Virus record (IMG/VR): IMGVR_UViG_3300020441_000003
Location: 25,546-89,545 of that record
From: a virus
Taxonomy: Duplodnaviria; Caudoviricetes
Direction: 5' to 3' (one strand)
Length of the DNA: 64,000 nucleotides
Shown: positions 8,847 to 17,763 of the stretch, one piece after another
Layout: every line of letters starts with the position of its first letter
How positions within the stretch are numbered: the stretch's first letter is position 1
The notes under the pieces: model-generated
The model's database searches: none
What the model was told of the DNA's origin: nothing
The model's input: only the letters and a program-made list of their open reading frames with translations
Translations under genes and position numbers: made by a program

Positions 8847-10055
8847 TTATCCAGTTATAGGACTGCCTGGCCACGAACCTGCTGGGTCACCGTCCCACCT
8901 AATTACAGGCGTTCTGCCTTGTCTTGCATATGTAGACGGACTTCTGTGATTGTATGTAAAAGGTGTTCGACCTTGTCTTGCATAAGTCGATGGTGATCTA
9001 TGGTTATAAGTCAACGGACTTCTATGTTGATATGTCAAAGGACTTCTATGTTGATATGTGCCAGGTTGTCTTGAATCTCTAATATTAGGTTCTTGTGCAT
9101 TTGAAGCCACTTGATAGATTGCAGGTTGTCTTGCATCTCTAATATTAGGTTCTTGTTGGTTTCTAATAAACGGATTCTGTGCATTAACAATAGAAGGCTG
9201 TTGTTGGTCACGAATATTAGGTTCTTGTGCATTTGAAGCCACTTGATAAATCAATGGTTGTCTTGCATCTCTAATGTTCGGTTCTTGTCCAGCCCTTATA
9301 AAAGGATTTTGTGCATTGGCAATAGAAGGCTGTTGTTGGTCACGAATATTTGGTTGTTGTGCGTTTGAGGCAACTTGATATATAAGAGGTTGTCTCGCAT
9401 CTCTAATATTAGGTTCCTGTTGGTCTCTAATAACAGGTTGTTGATTAGCTCTTATATTTGGTTCTTGTCCTGACCTGATATTTGGTTCCTGTGCATTTGA
9501 GGCCACTTGATAAATTAGTGGTTGTCTTGCATCTCTAATGTTTGGTTCTTGTTGCGATCTTATATTTGGTTCTTGTTGGTCTCTTATATTAGGTTGTTGT
9601 GCTGAACGAATATTTGGTTGTTGTGCATTGGAAGCCACTTGATAAATTAGTGGTTGTCTTGCATCTCTAATGTTTGGTTCTTGTGCATTTCTGATACTTG
9701 GTTCTTGAGCCGACCTGATATTTGGTTGTTGAGAAGACCTAATATTTGGTTCTTGTGCTGATACAGGATTTCTATATGTGAAAGGCGACCTGTGATTATA
9801 TGTAAAAGGCAACTGATAACCAACAGGGTTTCTGTAACCGAATGGTGATCTATGATTATATGTAAACGGATTTCTGTATGTAAAGGGCGACTGAAATGTA
9901 AATGGTTGTTGTCCTGCTACAGGGTTTCTATATGTAAATGGATTTCTATATGAATATGTTTGTTGACCAGACACAGGTGACCTATAAGTGAAAGGGTTTC
10001 TTCCACTGTTTGGTTGTCTTGCGTTTGCTATTGTTGGTTGCTGTGCTGACGGCAT
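8847..10055 (-). CDS. Octapeptide-repeat fibre protein (xxQEPNIR-rich partner)
   Basis: 8-aa repeats with invariant Pro; five DARQPLIYQVAS-containing units with 44-aa period. Confidence 0.85.
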   Translation of the reverse strand: MPSAQQPTIANARQPNSGRNPFTYRSPVSGQQTYSYRNPFTYRNPVAGQQPFTFQSPFTYRNPFTYNHRSPFGYRNPVGYQLPFTYNHRSPFTYRNPVSAQEPNIRSSQQPNIRSAQEPSIRNAQEPNIRDARQPLIYQVASNAQQPNIRSAQQPNIRDQQEPNIRSQQEPNIRDARQPLIYQVASNAQEPNIRSGQEPNIRANQQPVIRDQQEPNIRDARQPLIYQVASNAQQPNIRDQQQPSIANAQNPFIRAGQEPNIRDARQPLIYQVASNAQEPNIRDQQQPSIVNAQNPFIRNQQEPNIRDARQPAIYQVASNAQEPNIRDSRQPGTYQHRSPLTYQHRSPLTYNHRSPSTYARQGRTPFTYNHRSPSTYARQGRTPVIRWDGDPAGSWPGSPITG

Positions 10056-10058
10056 AAA

Positions 10059-11891
10059 CTATTTCGGTAAACCGCCCCCTGGATTCATATTTTCCATGTT
10101 ATGCACTAACATACCATTAGCAAAGAAATTATGATTTTCATTTACTCCCGATAAGTTATATACTTGCATGTCTGTGTTTTCGTTTATAGAAATTATTTCT
10201 AATCCTACATCGTCTGTTCTGTCAAACATAATCGCATCTGTCATTGAGAATAAACTATCACCAACTTTAAGTTCATGAGAGTTTACGCCCTCCATCCAAT
10301 CATGTTGTCTCTGACATTTTTCAACATCAAATGCTCCCCATTCTCCGTTAGTCATCATTAGTGGATGACTATCTGTGACTTGTAATATTCTTCCGTCTGA
10401 TAACTCTACATCATATATAGAGTCTATTCTTGGTACCATCACATGATATATTGATTTTGGTTCTATTATCTTTGTGCTTTCGTTCCAAGTCATTATGTAT
10501 TGTCCATTCACACAATGCTCGATAGGCGCATGACTGCCATCTCCTAACCAAATCATTGTGCCAGGTGCGAAACAACCGCCACCAAATGGTATCTGAATCG
10601 GATTTCTATGTTGATATGTAAACGGCGATTGAGATGTAAATGGTTGTTGTCCGTTTACAGGATTTCTATATGTAAATGGTGTTCTTCCTATAACTGGTTG
10701 TTGTCCATTTACAGGGTTTCTGTATGTAAATGGATTTCTTGCACTATTCGGTTGTCTTGCATTACTTGGTGATTGTGCTGACCTAATATTTGGTTCTTGT
10801 GCGTTTACAGGATTTCTATATCCTCTCGGCGTTCTTGCATTTCTGATATTAGGTTGTTGACCAGATACAGGTGATCTATAAGTGAAAGGCGATCTATGCT
10901 GATATGTAAACGGTGACCTATGGCCATAAGTAAGAGGCGATCTAAAGTTATAAGTAGACGGACTTCTATGTTGATATGTAAACGGCGCTTGATAACTTCT
11001 AGGGTCTTGATATATAGAAGGCGATCTATGTTGATATTCAAACGGACTTCTATGTTGATAAGTTGTAGGCGATCTATGTTGATAAGTTGCAGGTGACCTA
11101 TGTTGATATGTAAACGGCGCTTGATAACTTCTAGGGTCTTGGTATATAGAAGGCGATCTATGTTGATATGTAAACGGTGACCTGTGTTGATAATTAGACG
11201 GACTTCTATGTTGATAAGTTGTAGGCGATCTATGTTGATATGTAAATGGCGCTTGATAACTTCTAGGGTCTTGATATATTGACGGACTTCTGTGTTGATA
11301 TATTACAGGCGTTCTTAAATTATATGTAGACGGACTTCTATGCTGATATGTAAACGGACTTCTGTGTTGATATGTAAAAGGCGTTTGATAACTTCTAGGG
11401 TCTTGGTATATTGAAGGCGATCTATGTTGATAAATTATCGGTGTTCTTAAATTATATGTAGATGGACTTCTGTGTTGATAAGTTGCAGGCGACCTGTGAT
11501 TATATGTGAAAGGTACCTGATAACTTCTCGGGTCTTGATATATTGACGGACTTCTGTGTTGATATGTAAAAGGCGTCTGATTACTTCTTATATTAGGTTC
11601 TTGTTGTGACCTTATATTGGGTTCTTGTTGGTCTCTAATTACAGGTTCTTGTGCATTCGCAATATAAGGATATGGTTGTTGGCCATTTCTAATAAAAGGA
11701 TTTTGAGCGTTCGCAATATAAGGATAAGGCTGTTGAACGCTCTCCTGTCCTGATGCATTGTTCCAACCAGAAGGCGTTTTGATATAGATTTGATCTACAT
11801 CTTTCCATGTGCCTGAAGCTGTTTTTACCCAAGCACCTCGGGTTGCTGACCAACCTGAAGGAGTTTTTACCTTTTGTGAACCTGTTGCCAT
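10059..11891 (-). CDS. Octapeptide-repeat fibre protein (QHRSPxTY-rich) with N-terminal WVK docking domain and C-terminal Hint domain
   Basis: N-terminal KVKTPSGW..WVKT..WK; five QDPRSY units with 44-aa period; GGG|CFAPGT...HNFFANGMLVHN. Confidence 0.88.
   Translation of the reverse strand: MATGSQKVKTPSGWSATRGAWVKTASGTWKDVDQIYIKTPSGWNNASGQESVQQPYPYIANAQNPFIRNGQQPYPYIANAQEPVIRDQQEPNIRSQQEPNIRSNQTPFTYQHRSPSIYQDPRSYQVPFTYNHRSPATYQHRSPSTYNLRTPIIYQHRSPSIYQDPRSYQTPFTYQHRSPFTYQHRSPSTYNLRTPVIYQHRSPSIYQDPRSYQAPFTYQHRSPTTYQHRSPSNYQHRSPFTYQHRSPSIYQDPRSYQAPFTYQHRSPATYQHRSPTTYQHRSPFEYQHRSPSIYQDPRSYQAPFTYQHRSPSTYNFRSPLTYGHRSPFTYQHRSPFTYRSPVSGQQPNIRNARTPRGYRNPVNAQEPNIRSAQSPSNARQPNSARNPFTYRNPVNGQQPVIGRTPFTYRNPVNGQQPFTSQSPFTYQHRNPIQIPFGGGCFAPGTMIWLGDGSHAPIEHCVNGQYIMTWNESTKIIEPKSIYHVMVPRIDSIYDVELSDGRILQVTDSHPLMMTNGEWGAFDVEKCQRQHDWMEGVNSHELKVGDSLFSMTDAIMFDRTDDVGLEIISINENTDMQVYNLSGVNENHNFFANGMLVHNMENMNPGGGLPK
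10098..10574 (-). other. Hint (intein-like) autoprocessing domain, non-splicing type
   Basis: Block A CFAPGT at residue 440, block B VTDSHPL, block F VYNL, block G HNFFANGMLVHN; residue after HN is Met; no endonuclease insert. Confidence 0.9.
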
Positions 11892-11909
11892 GTTATATCC
11901 TAATTACTC

Positions 11910-14384
11910 TTATGAGTATAGTATCCATAAATCTCCAACTGCACCATCTGAACTACCAGGCGCTGAAGTTGATTGATATATGTTTCTCGCTACACCACCA
12001 CTATTATTTGCGTATGATGTTGTAATTTGTGAGGCTCTAAAGTTTGCCTCTGAAAATGTTAAGTTACCAGTTGATGCACCAGTAAATGAACCAGTTCCTA
12101 CTGTCACTCTATCTGCACTTTCATCCCAACCAATAAATACATTGTCTGAACTTCCTCTTTCAAAAACAAGACCCATATCGTTGCCTGGTGTGCCTGTTGT
12201 TCCAGTTCCTAATTCTATTAATCTATCTTCGATAGTTGTGTTTGTTGATGATGCAGTTGTTGTTGCACCATTAACAGTTAAATTACCTGTGACTGTTAAA
12301 TCGTTTGTGACTGCTAAATCATTTCCTATTGTCACATCATCTGGTAATGAAATTGTGACACCTGCTGTTTCTGAACCAGAACCTGATACTGTAATTTCAT
12401 TTGAGGTACCTGCTACAGTTGCAACATAGTTTCCTGTTGTATCTGTGCCTAGTGCAACTGAGTTAGCGGCGATAGTAGTTGATATTGATACATTGCCTTT
12501 TGCAGTCTGAGTTGCGGTACCTGTGACATCACCTGTCAATGCAAAGTCTGAGTTTGCAACTACGAAATCTAAATTACCATCTGTATCATCGTATGATACT
12601 GAGATACCTGTTTCGGTACCATCTAACATACCACCAACAAAGTCTTCTACATTTTCTTGTGTAAGTTGAGTATTGTTTGTTGATATTGAACCACCAAGTG
12701 ATACTGCTGTGCCATCGATTGTTATTGAACTATTTGATAGTAATGAGTTACCAATAGAACCTGCAAGTTTGCCAGCGGCTATCGAACCTGCCAACATGGC
12801 ATTTGTGACACCACCTGCTTTAACTTGTAATTGATCTGAACTTGTTTCTATTGAACTATCATCTACACCAACTGCAAGAGATACGGAACTTCCAAGTGAT
12901 ACTGAACCACCACCTGATAAACCGTCACCTGCTGTGACTGTGACTGCACTATTAGCGAGTTTGCCATTTGCGATTGAACCTGCTAACATAGCGTTTGTGA
13001 CACCTGATGCCTTGATTCTTAATGCATCACTGTTTGTTTCTATAGAACTGTCATCTACGCCTACTGCAAGAACACCACTTGTTGCAGATAAACCATCACC
13101 TGCAATTGCAGTCACTACATCTGCGACTGCCTCTTTCTTAGAACTGTTATCGCCTGCATCTATAATAGCAATACTATCATTTGCAACATCTACGGCGGCC
13201 GCTGTTAGTTCGTTTAAATCTAATGCAAGTGATACTGCACCTGATGTGCCACCACCTGAGAGTCCGTTTCCTGCTGTGACTCCTGTAATATCGGCACTAT
13301 TTGAGTTTGTTATTGTTAATGAATTAGCGGCGTCATCATATGATAATGATATACCAGTTCCTGCTGTTAGTAGTGCATTTACTCTGTCATCTACTCTTTC
13401 GTTTGTGTGATATAAATTAGATGAACCCTCTCCAACACTATCTGTATTGAGAGTTAAAGAACCACCTAATGAAACTGAACTACTGTTTAATGTTATTGCA
13501 GAGTTGGCTAATTCTGCGTTTGCAACACCACCGTCTTTGATTGTGACTGCGCCACTTGATACTGCAAAATTATCTGAACTAAATGATGCAACACCTTTGT
13601 TAGATGTAGTTGCATCTTCGGCTGAATATGTGACTGTGCCTGAACTTTCTGCAACATCGATTCCTTCTCCAGCACTGAATGTTATTGTTCCACCTAATGA
13701 TGTTGCAGTCGAATTACTGCCATCGGTAACTGTGATTGATGAGTTTGCAAGTTTAGAGTTCGCAATCGAACCACCTAACATTGCATTTGTGACACCTGAT
13801 GCTTTTACTTGAAGTGTATCAGAAGAAATCTCTATTGAACTATCATCTACTTGAACATTAAGTGTGACATCTCCTGATGTGCCACCACCTGTCAAACCAC
13901 TTCCTGCAACGACAGATGATATATCTCCTGTTTCTGATATACTTAATACACCACTAGATGCATTTAATCCTGAACCTGCCATGGCAGATACTAAATCTGC
14001 AATCGTTTCTTTTTTACTTGCGTTTGAATCGTTAGCATCTATTAATACGACACTATCGTTTGCGACATCAACTGTAGCCGCTGTTAATTCGTTCAGATCA
14101 AGAGCAAGTGATAATGCACCTGATGTGCCACCACCTGATAATCCATTTCCTGCTGTGACACCTGTAATGTCACCTACTTGTCCGTTAATTGTTAGGGTTC
14201 CAGCGGCGTCATCATATGATAACGATATACCTGTTCCCGCTGTTAAGAGAGTATTTACTTGGTCATCAATAACTTCTAGAGCTGCTGTGGAAAAAGCAGC
14301 TGCTGTCAAGTCACCTGAACTGTCGATGACTTCCGTAGAACCAATACTAAGTCCGTTTTTGATTCTAAAATTTTGAGCTGCCAT
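11910..14384 (-). CDS. Long tail fibre protein (824 aa)
   Basis: Gly/Ser/Thr-rich fibre repeats (VTAGNGLSGGG); C-terminal TSAPGSSDGAVGDLWILYS. Confidence 0.82.
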   Translation of the reverse strand: MAAQNFRIKNGLSIGSTEVIDSSGDLTAAAFSTAALEVIDDQVNTLLTAGTGISLSYDDAAGTLTINGQVGDITGVTAGNGLSGGGTSGALSLALDLNELTAATVDVANDSVVLIDANDSNASKKETIADLVSAMAGSGLNASSGVLSISETGDISSVVAGSGLTGGGTSGDVTLNVQVDDSSIEISSDTLQVKASGVTNAMLGGSIANSKLANSSITVTDGSNSTATSLGGTITFSAGEGIDVAESSGTVTYSAEDATTSNKGVASFSSDNFAVSSGAVTIKDGGVANAELANSAITLNSSSVSLGGSLTLNTDSVGEGSSNLYHTNERVDDRVNALLTAGTGISLSYDDAANSLTITNSNSADITGVTAGNGLSGGGTSGAVSLALDLNELTAAAVDVANDSIAIIDAGDNSSKKEAVADVVTAIAGDGLSATSGVLAVGVDDSSIETNSDALRIKASGVTNAMLAGSIANGKLANSAVTVTAGDGLSGGGSVSLGSSVSLAVGVDDSSIETSSDQLQVKAGGVTNAMLAGSIAAGKLAGSIGNSLLSNSSITIDGTAVSLGGSISTNNTQLTQENVEDFVGGMLDGTETGISVSYDDTDGNLDFVVANSDFALTGDVTGTATQTAKGNVSISTTIAANSVALGTDTTGNYVATVAGTSNEITVSGSGSETAGVTISLPDDVTIGNDLAVTNDLTVTGNLTVNGATTTASSTNTTIEDRLIELGTGTTGTPGNDMGLVFERGSSDNVFIGWDESADRVTVGTGSFTGASTGNLTFSEANFRASQITTSYANNSGGVARNIYQSTSAPGSSDGAVGDLWILYS
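13065..14265 (-). repeat. Internal duplication of about 110 aa in the 824-aa fibre (approx. 13065-13390 and 13945-14265)
   Basis: Both copies read LLTAGTGISLSYDDAA...ITGVTAGNGLSGGGTSGA.SLALDLNELTAA.VDVANDS...SKKE. Confidence 0.85.
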
Positions 14385-14590
14385 TAAAAGGTTCCTCCAT
14401 CTATAGTCGAGCTGTCTAATCTAGTATCAAATCTAGAATTTGTAAAATAGAGATTTGATGAGCCTTCTGAGAGATTATCTGTATCTAAATTAGACACTGC
14501 GTTAGAAACCACTTTACCATTATTATCAATGACATCTGTTGTTCCGACAGAAACTCCATACTCTACTCTAAATTTTTTAGTGTCAGCCAT
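14384..14590 (-). CDS. Mini fibre/adaptor protein ending IDGGTF
   Basis: N-terminus resembles that of the 824-aa fibre; one SEGSSNLYFT module; stop/start overlap with the next gene. Confidence 0.75.
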   Translation of the reverse strand: MADTKKFRVEYGVSVGTTDVIDNNGKVVSNAVSNLDTDNLSEGSSNLYFTNSRFDTRLDSSTIDGGTF

Positions 14591-14654
14591 ATTGTCCTTA
14601 TATAAGTTTGTGTTATAACACCTTTATTTATGAATGTTTTATGTTTAAAAAAAG

Positions 14655-14682
14655 AAAAAGGGGGAGAACTCCCCCTTTTTTT
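14655..14682 (-). terminator. Rho-independent terminator (bidirectional-looking)
   Basis: AAAAAGGGGGAG-AA-CTCCCCCTTTTT perfect stem flanked by A/T tracts, at the end of the 136-aa gene. Confidence 0.88.
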
Positions 14683-15091
14683 AAGCGTCTATTAAAGTTC
14701 TATCGAATTTGATTACTGTTGAATCTGAACTCGCTGGAGTGCATCGTAATCTAACATCTGAACCACTAATGTCTGCATCAAATGTAGCTAATGTTGCATC
14801 TAGTAATGTGCCGTATTGTGTAATATCAACACTGGTACCATCATGCACCATCATAATTTCAGTCGAATGGAAATTAGTTCCTTTAGACATTGCAACGATA
14901 TATCTAGCTGCTCTAAAATCTGCTTTCGCAAAAGTATCTAAATTGAATTGAGTTGTAGCAGTTTTAGTCACTGCATCTCGTTTCTTATCTTTAGTACCCA
15001 CTGATTTTGTAGTAGATATGATATCATTCGTTGAATCATATTCAATATGACGGATAAGTTCAGCCAATTTAAAAGATTTAGTTATTGCCAT
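14681..15091 (-). CDS. Virion structural/adaptor protein
   Basis: RAARYIV...HSTEIMMVHDG...QYG domain, paralogous to the C-terminus of the 275-aa protein. Confidence 0.7.
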   Translation of the reverse strand: MAITKSFKLAELIRHIEYDSTNDIISTTKSVGTKDKKRDAVTKTATTQFNLDTFAKADFRAARYIVAMSKGTNFHSTEIMMVHDGTSVDITQYGTLLDATLATFDADISGSDVRLRCTPASSDSTVIKFDRTLIDA

Positions 15092-15101
15092 TTCTTACCC
15101 C

Positions 15102-15929
15102 CTATGTATGTCTAATTTGAAATGTATCAATTGTTGTATTCGTATTTGCAGGTGTGACAAGTAATCTCATATTACCTGAATTTATATCTGCACTTAAAGA
15201 AAATAACGATGAGTTTGAAAAAACATCACCGTATTGAACAAAGAATGCATTTGAACCGTCATTAACTAACAATACTTCAGCGGCGTGTGTGCCAGCTGAG
15301 GCATGTGTAGCACTAATGACATATTTTACTGTTTTATTTGCTACTGCATTTGACGACAATACTTGGTTTGCTGTTGTTGCTGAAAATGATGTTGCTGTGT
15401 AAGCGCCTTGAACTAAATCTGTAGCGTTTACGGCAACTACTTCTAAAACATCACCATTAATTGCGTTCTGAGCCAAAGTGATAGTTGATGTATTTGTGGC
15501 AGTATAATCTGTTCCACCATCAACAAGTTTGACACCATTTAAGTATACTTGTTCTGTCCCTATATTGTATGCTAATGAATTACTATCATCATCATTACCT
15601 GTAAAAACAGTTGTATTACTTGATACAGTGTATTTAAAAACTGTTGTTGCACCACCTGATGTGGCACTTCCAAAAGTTAAACTTCCAGAACCATCTGTTT
15701 TTAAAACTTGACCATCTGAGCCATCACTTGTTGGAAAAGAGTAAGCGCCATTAATAGTTAAAGTAGTAGGAATAGTTCCGACTTCAACAATAGCTGCTGA
15801 GCCGTCATTTTTCTCAGTATATAAACGACCATGATAGGTGTTTACTGCGAGTTCCCCTAAACTTAAATCAGAAGTTGTAGGGACATCGTTCTGAGTAGAA
15901 CTCCTTTTTAACTGTATGACTGTTGCCAT
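15102..15929 (-). CDS. Fibre/adaptor protein with Mtd-N-like N-terminus
   Basis: MATVIQLKRSS...LSLGELAVNTYHGRLY; internal VYLNGVKL..GTDYT module. Confidence 0.72.
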   Translation of the reverse strand: MATVIQLKRSSTQNDVPTTSDLSLGELAVNTYHGRLYTEKNDGSAAIVEVGTIPTTLTINGAYSFPTSDGSDGQVLKTDGSGSLTFGSATSGGATTVFKYTVSSNTTVFTGNDDDSNSLAYNIGTEQVYLNGVKLVDGGTDYTATNTSTITLAQNAINGDVLEVVAVNATDLVQGAYTATSFSATTANQVLSSNAVANKTVKYVISATHASAGTHAAEVLLVNDGSNAFFVQYGDVFSNSSLFSLSADINSGNMRLLVTPANTNTTIDTFQIRHT

Positions 15930-15956
15930 CTTTCCCTCCTATTGGTTAAGCGTTAA

Positions 15957-17414
15957 TTAAAATGTTCCGCCGTCAATAGCAGTGATTGATACTGCACCAG
16001 ATGATACTGTAAAGTTTGCAGATGCGAATGAAGCAATACCTTTATTAGTAGTAGTTGCATCTTCACCAGCGATAGTTATGCTACCAGCGCCGTTAGTCAC
16101 ATCGATACCCTCACCAGCAGAGATTGTTCCTAATTGCATGTCACCATTTGAAGAATGACCCATTAGAATCTGACCATTTGTTGGTGCAGAACCATCAATA
16201 CTTGTGATTGAACCTGAGAGTGCAAGACCTGATGCTTCTAATCCACCAAATACTGCGCCAAGGGCGGTACCTGAGAATGTTGAAGAAGAATCTGTCGCAC
16301 TTCCCAATGCTATGAATTTACCTGTTGAATCATCGAAACCGAAGAAACCAACTTTTGCACCTGATGAGTTATACTTAAATTTAATACCTCTGTCTAGGTT
16401 GTCATCTGAACTGTCATCGCCAATTTCAAAAACAGGGTCAGCGATTGACACTGTAGTTGAATTAACAGTAGTAGTTGTTCCACTTACTGTCAAGTTACCA
16501 GCGATTGTGACATTATCAGGTAACCCGATTGTGACGGTGTTTCCTGAACCTGCTGTTGTTATCTCGTTTGCTGTTCCAGCGAATGTTAATGTTTCACTGT
16601 CTAGATCAATTGCTAATGCGCCACCTGAATCTGCTTGAAAGTCCAAGTCTTGTGCTGTAATTAAAGACTGAATTTTGTCTTGAACGGCCGCTGATGTCAT
16701 GATAGATACATCATCGTCACTAAAAGATTCACCTGATGTTTGAACCATTGCACCTGCCAATGAACCAAATACAACTGCACTAGCAGCTAATTGGTCTGCG
16801 CCTACGGCGTCATCGGCTATCATTGCTTGTTCTACAGCATCGTTAGCGATTGTTAATGCTCCGTTTGCAGCTAAAGTTGCATCTCCTGATACTGAAACAT
16901 TATCAAATGAATTTGAACCATCATGAACAAGTATTTGTCCTGATGATGCAGATGATATGTCTGTATCTGATGCGCCTGCAATCGAACTTGTAGTAGATAC
17001 GAATGATAATACTCCTGAACCGTTAGTACCTAAAACCTGACCGTTTGAACCATCTGAACTAGGTAATGTTAATGTTATATTACTACCTATTGTGTCTGGT
17101 GCTTTAAGACCTACGAAGTTTGTTCCGTTATCGGAATCTTCCATAATTTTTAAAGTACCGCCAGATGATGACCCATTACCAACTAAGAAGTCGGCAGGTG
17201 TAGCACTTGAACCATCTATGATATCGGTGTAATATTTACCACCAACTTCATGAATAACTGCTGAACCACCTGAGTCTACAGATTCTATGTATAACTTAGC
17301 AGAAGCACCACTATTCGATCTATCTTGCACATACGCTAATTCGCCCTCAGCAAGATCACTTACTGCTGGCGCACTCGCTCCTGTGCTTCTTTTGATTTGA
17401 ATTACTGTTGCCAT
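15957..17414 (-). CDS. Tail fibre protein with Mtd-N-like N-terminus, ends IDGGTF
   Basis: MATVIQIKRST...LAEGELAY; fibre repeats; DRGIKFKY..GFFGFDDS module. Confidence 0.75.
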   Translation of the reverse strand: MATVIQIKRSTGASAPAVSDLAEGELAYVQDRSNSGASAKLYIESVDSGGSAVIHEVGGKYYTDIIDGSSATPADFLVGNGSSSGGTLKIMEDSDNGTNFVGLKAPDTIGSNITLTLPSSDGSNGQVLGTNGSGVLSFVSTTSSIAGASDTDISSASSGQILVHDGSNSFDNVSVSGDATLAANGALTIANDAVEQAMIADDAVGADQLAASAVVFGSLAGAMVQTSGESFSDDDVSIMTSAAVQDKIQSLITAQDLDFQADSGGALAIDLDSETLTFAGTANEITTAGSGNTVTIGLPDNVTIAGNLTVSGTTTTVNSTTVSIADPVFEIGDDSSDDNLDRGIKFKYNSSGAKVGFFGFDDSTGKFIALGSATDSSSTFSGTALGAVFGGLEASGLALSGSITSIDGSAPTNGQILMGHSSNGDMQLGTISAGEGIDVTNGAGSITIAGEDATTTNKGIASFASANFTVSSGAVSITAIDGGTF

Positions 17415-17542
17415 TTCTTTCTCCTAAGAAAATAGTTTTTTTAAAATTTTAAAATTTCTCTTCACTATCGAGAACATTATATACCAATCCACTCACTATG
17501 TGGGTCGTGTCTCAATGAATGACACCTTGATTGTTGTTTAAT

Positions 17543-17550
17543 TATTTATA
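17543..17550 (-). promoter_or_regulatory. T4-type late promoter TATAAATA
   Basis: Exact consensus about 130 nt upstream of the 485-aa gene. Confidence 0.75.
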
Positions 17551-17553
17551 CGA

Positions 17554-17763
17554 CTAGAATGTTCCACCATCAATAACAGTGGTTGTTTTCCACTTGTCTG
17601 ATGCTTGGTCGTATTGAAGAAGGCCTTTATTTGTTTCGGCTGCCTCTACATCTGAAAGTTCTTGAATTGATTTTGTTGCGAGATTTACAGAAGATGCACC
17701 AATAGAAACTTGTTTCGCTCTAACATTTGGGTTTGCGACTATTCTTGCCTTTACTGTTGCCAT
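17554..17763 (-). CDS. Small adaptor protein ending IDGGTF
   Basis: LSDV......GLLQYDQASDKW collar-like module plus C-terminal motif; TAATG coupling to the upstream gene. Confidence 0.7.
   Translation of the reverse strand: MATVKARIVANPNVRAKQVSIGASSVNLATKSIQELSDVEAAETNKGLLQYDQASDKWKTTTVIDGGTF

Noticed and set aside
8847-10055. RiPP multi-core precursor peptides
   Set aside because: Considered because of the adjacent oxygenases, but there is no leader/protease pattern; fibre docking domains and mirror pairing fit a structural role better.
10098-10574. Canonical splicing intein or mobile element
   Set aside because: No homing endonuclease, the +1 residue is Met rather than Cys/Ser/Thr, and the C-extein is only 12 aa.
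8847-11891. CRISPR array or non-coding tandem repeat
   Set aside because: The repeats are in-frame 24-nt codon units with synonymous variation, lack unique spacers, and lie inside long ORFs; no cas operon is present.
11980-14951. Plus-strand ORFs opposite the fibre genes (also those at 16204, 23026-28968, 31677-38813)
   Set aside because: Antisense shadows of minus-strand genes caused by codon bias; no recognisable motifs.
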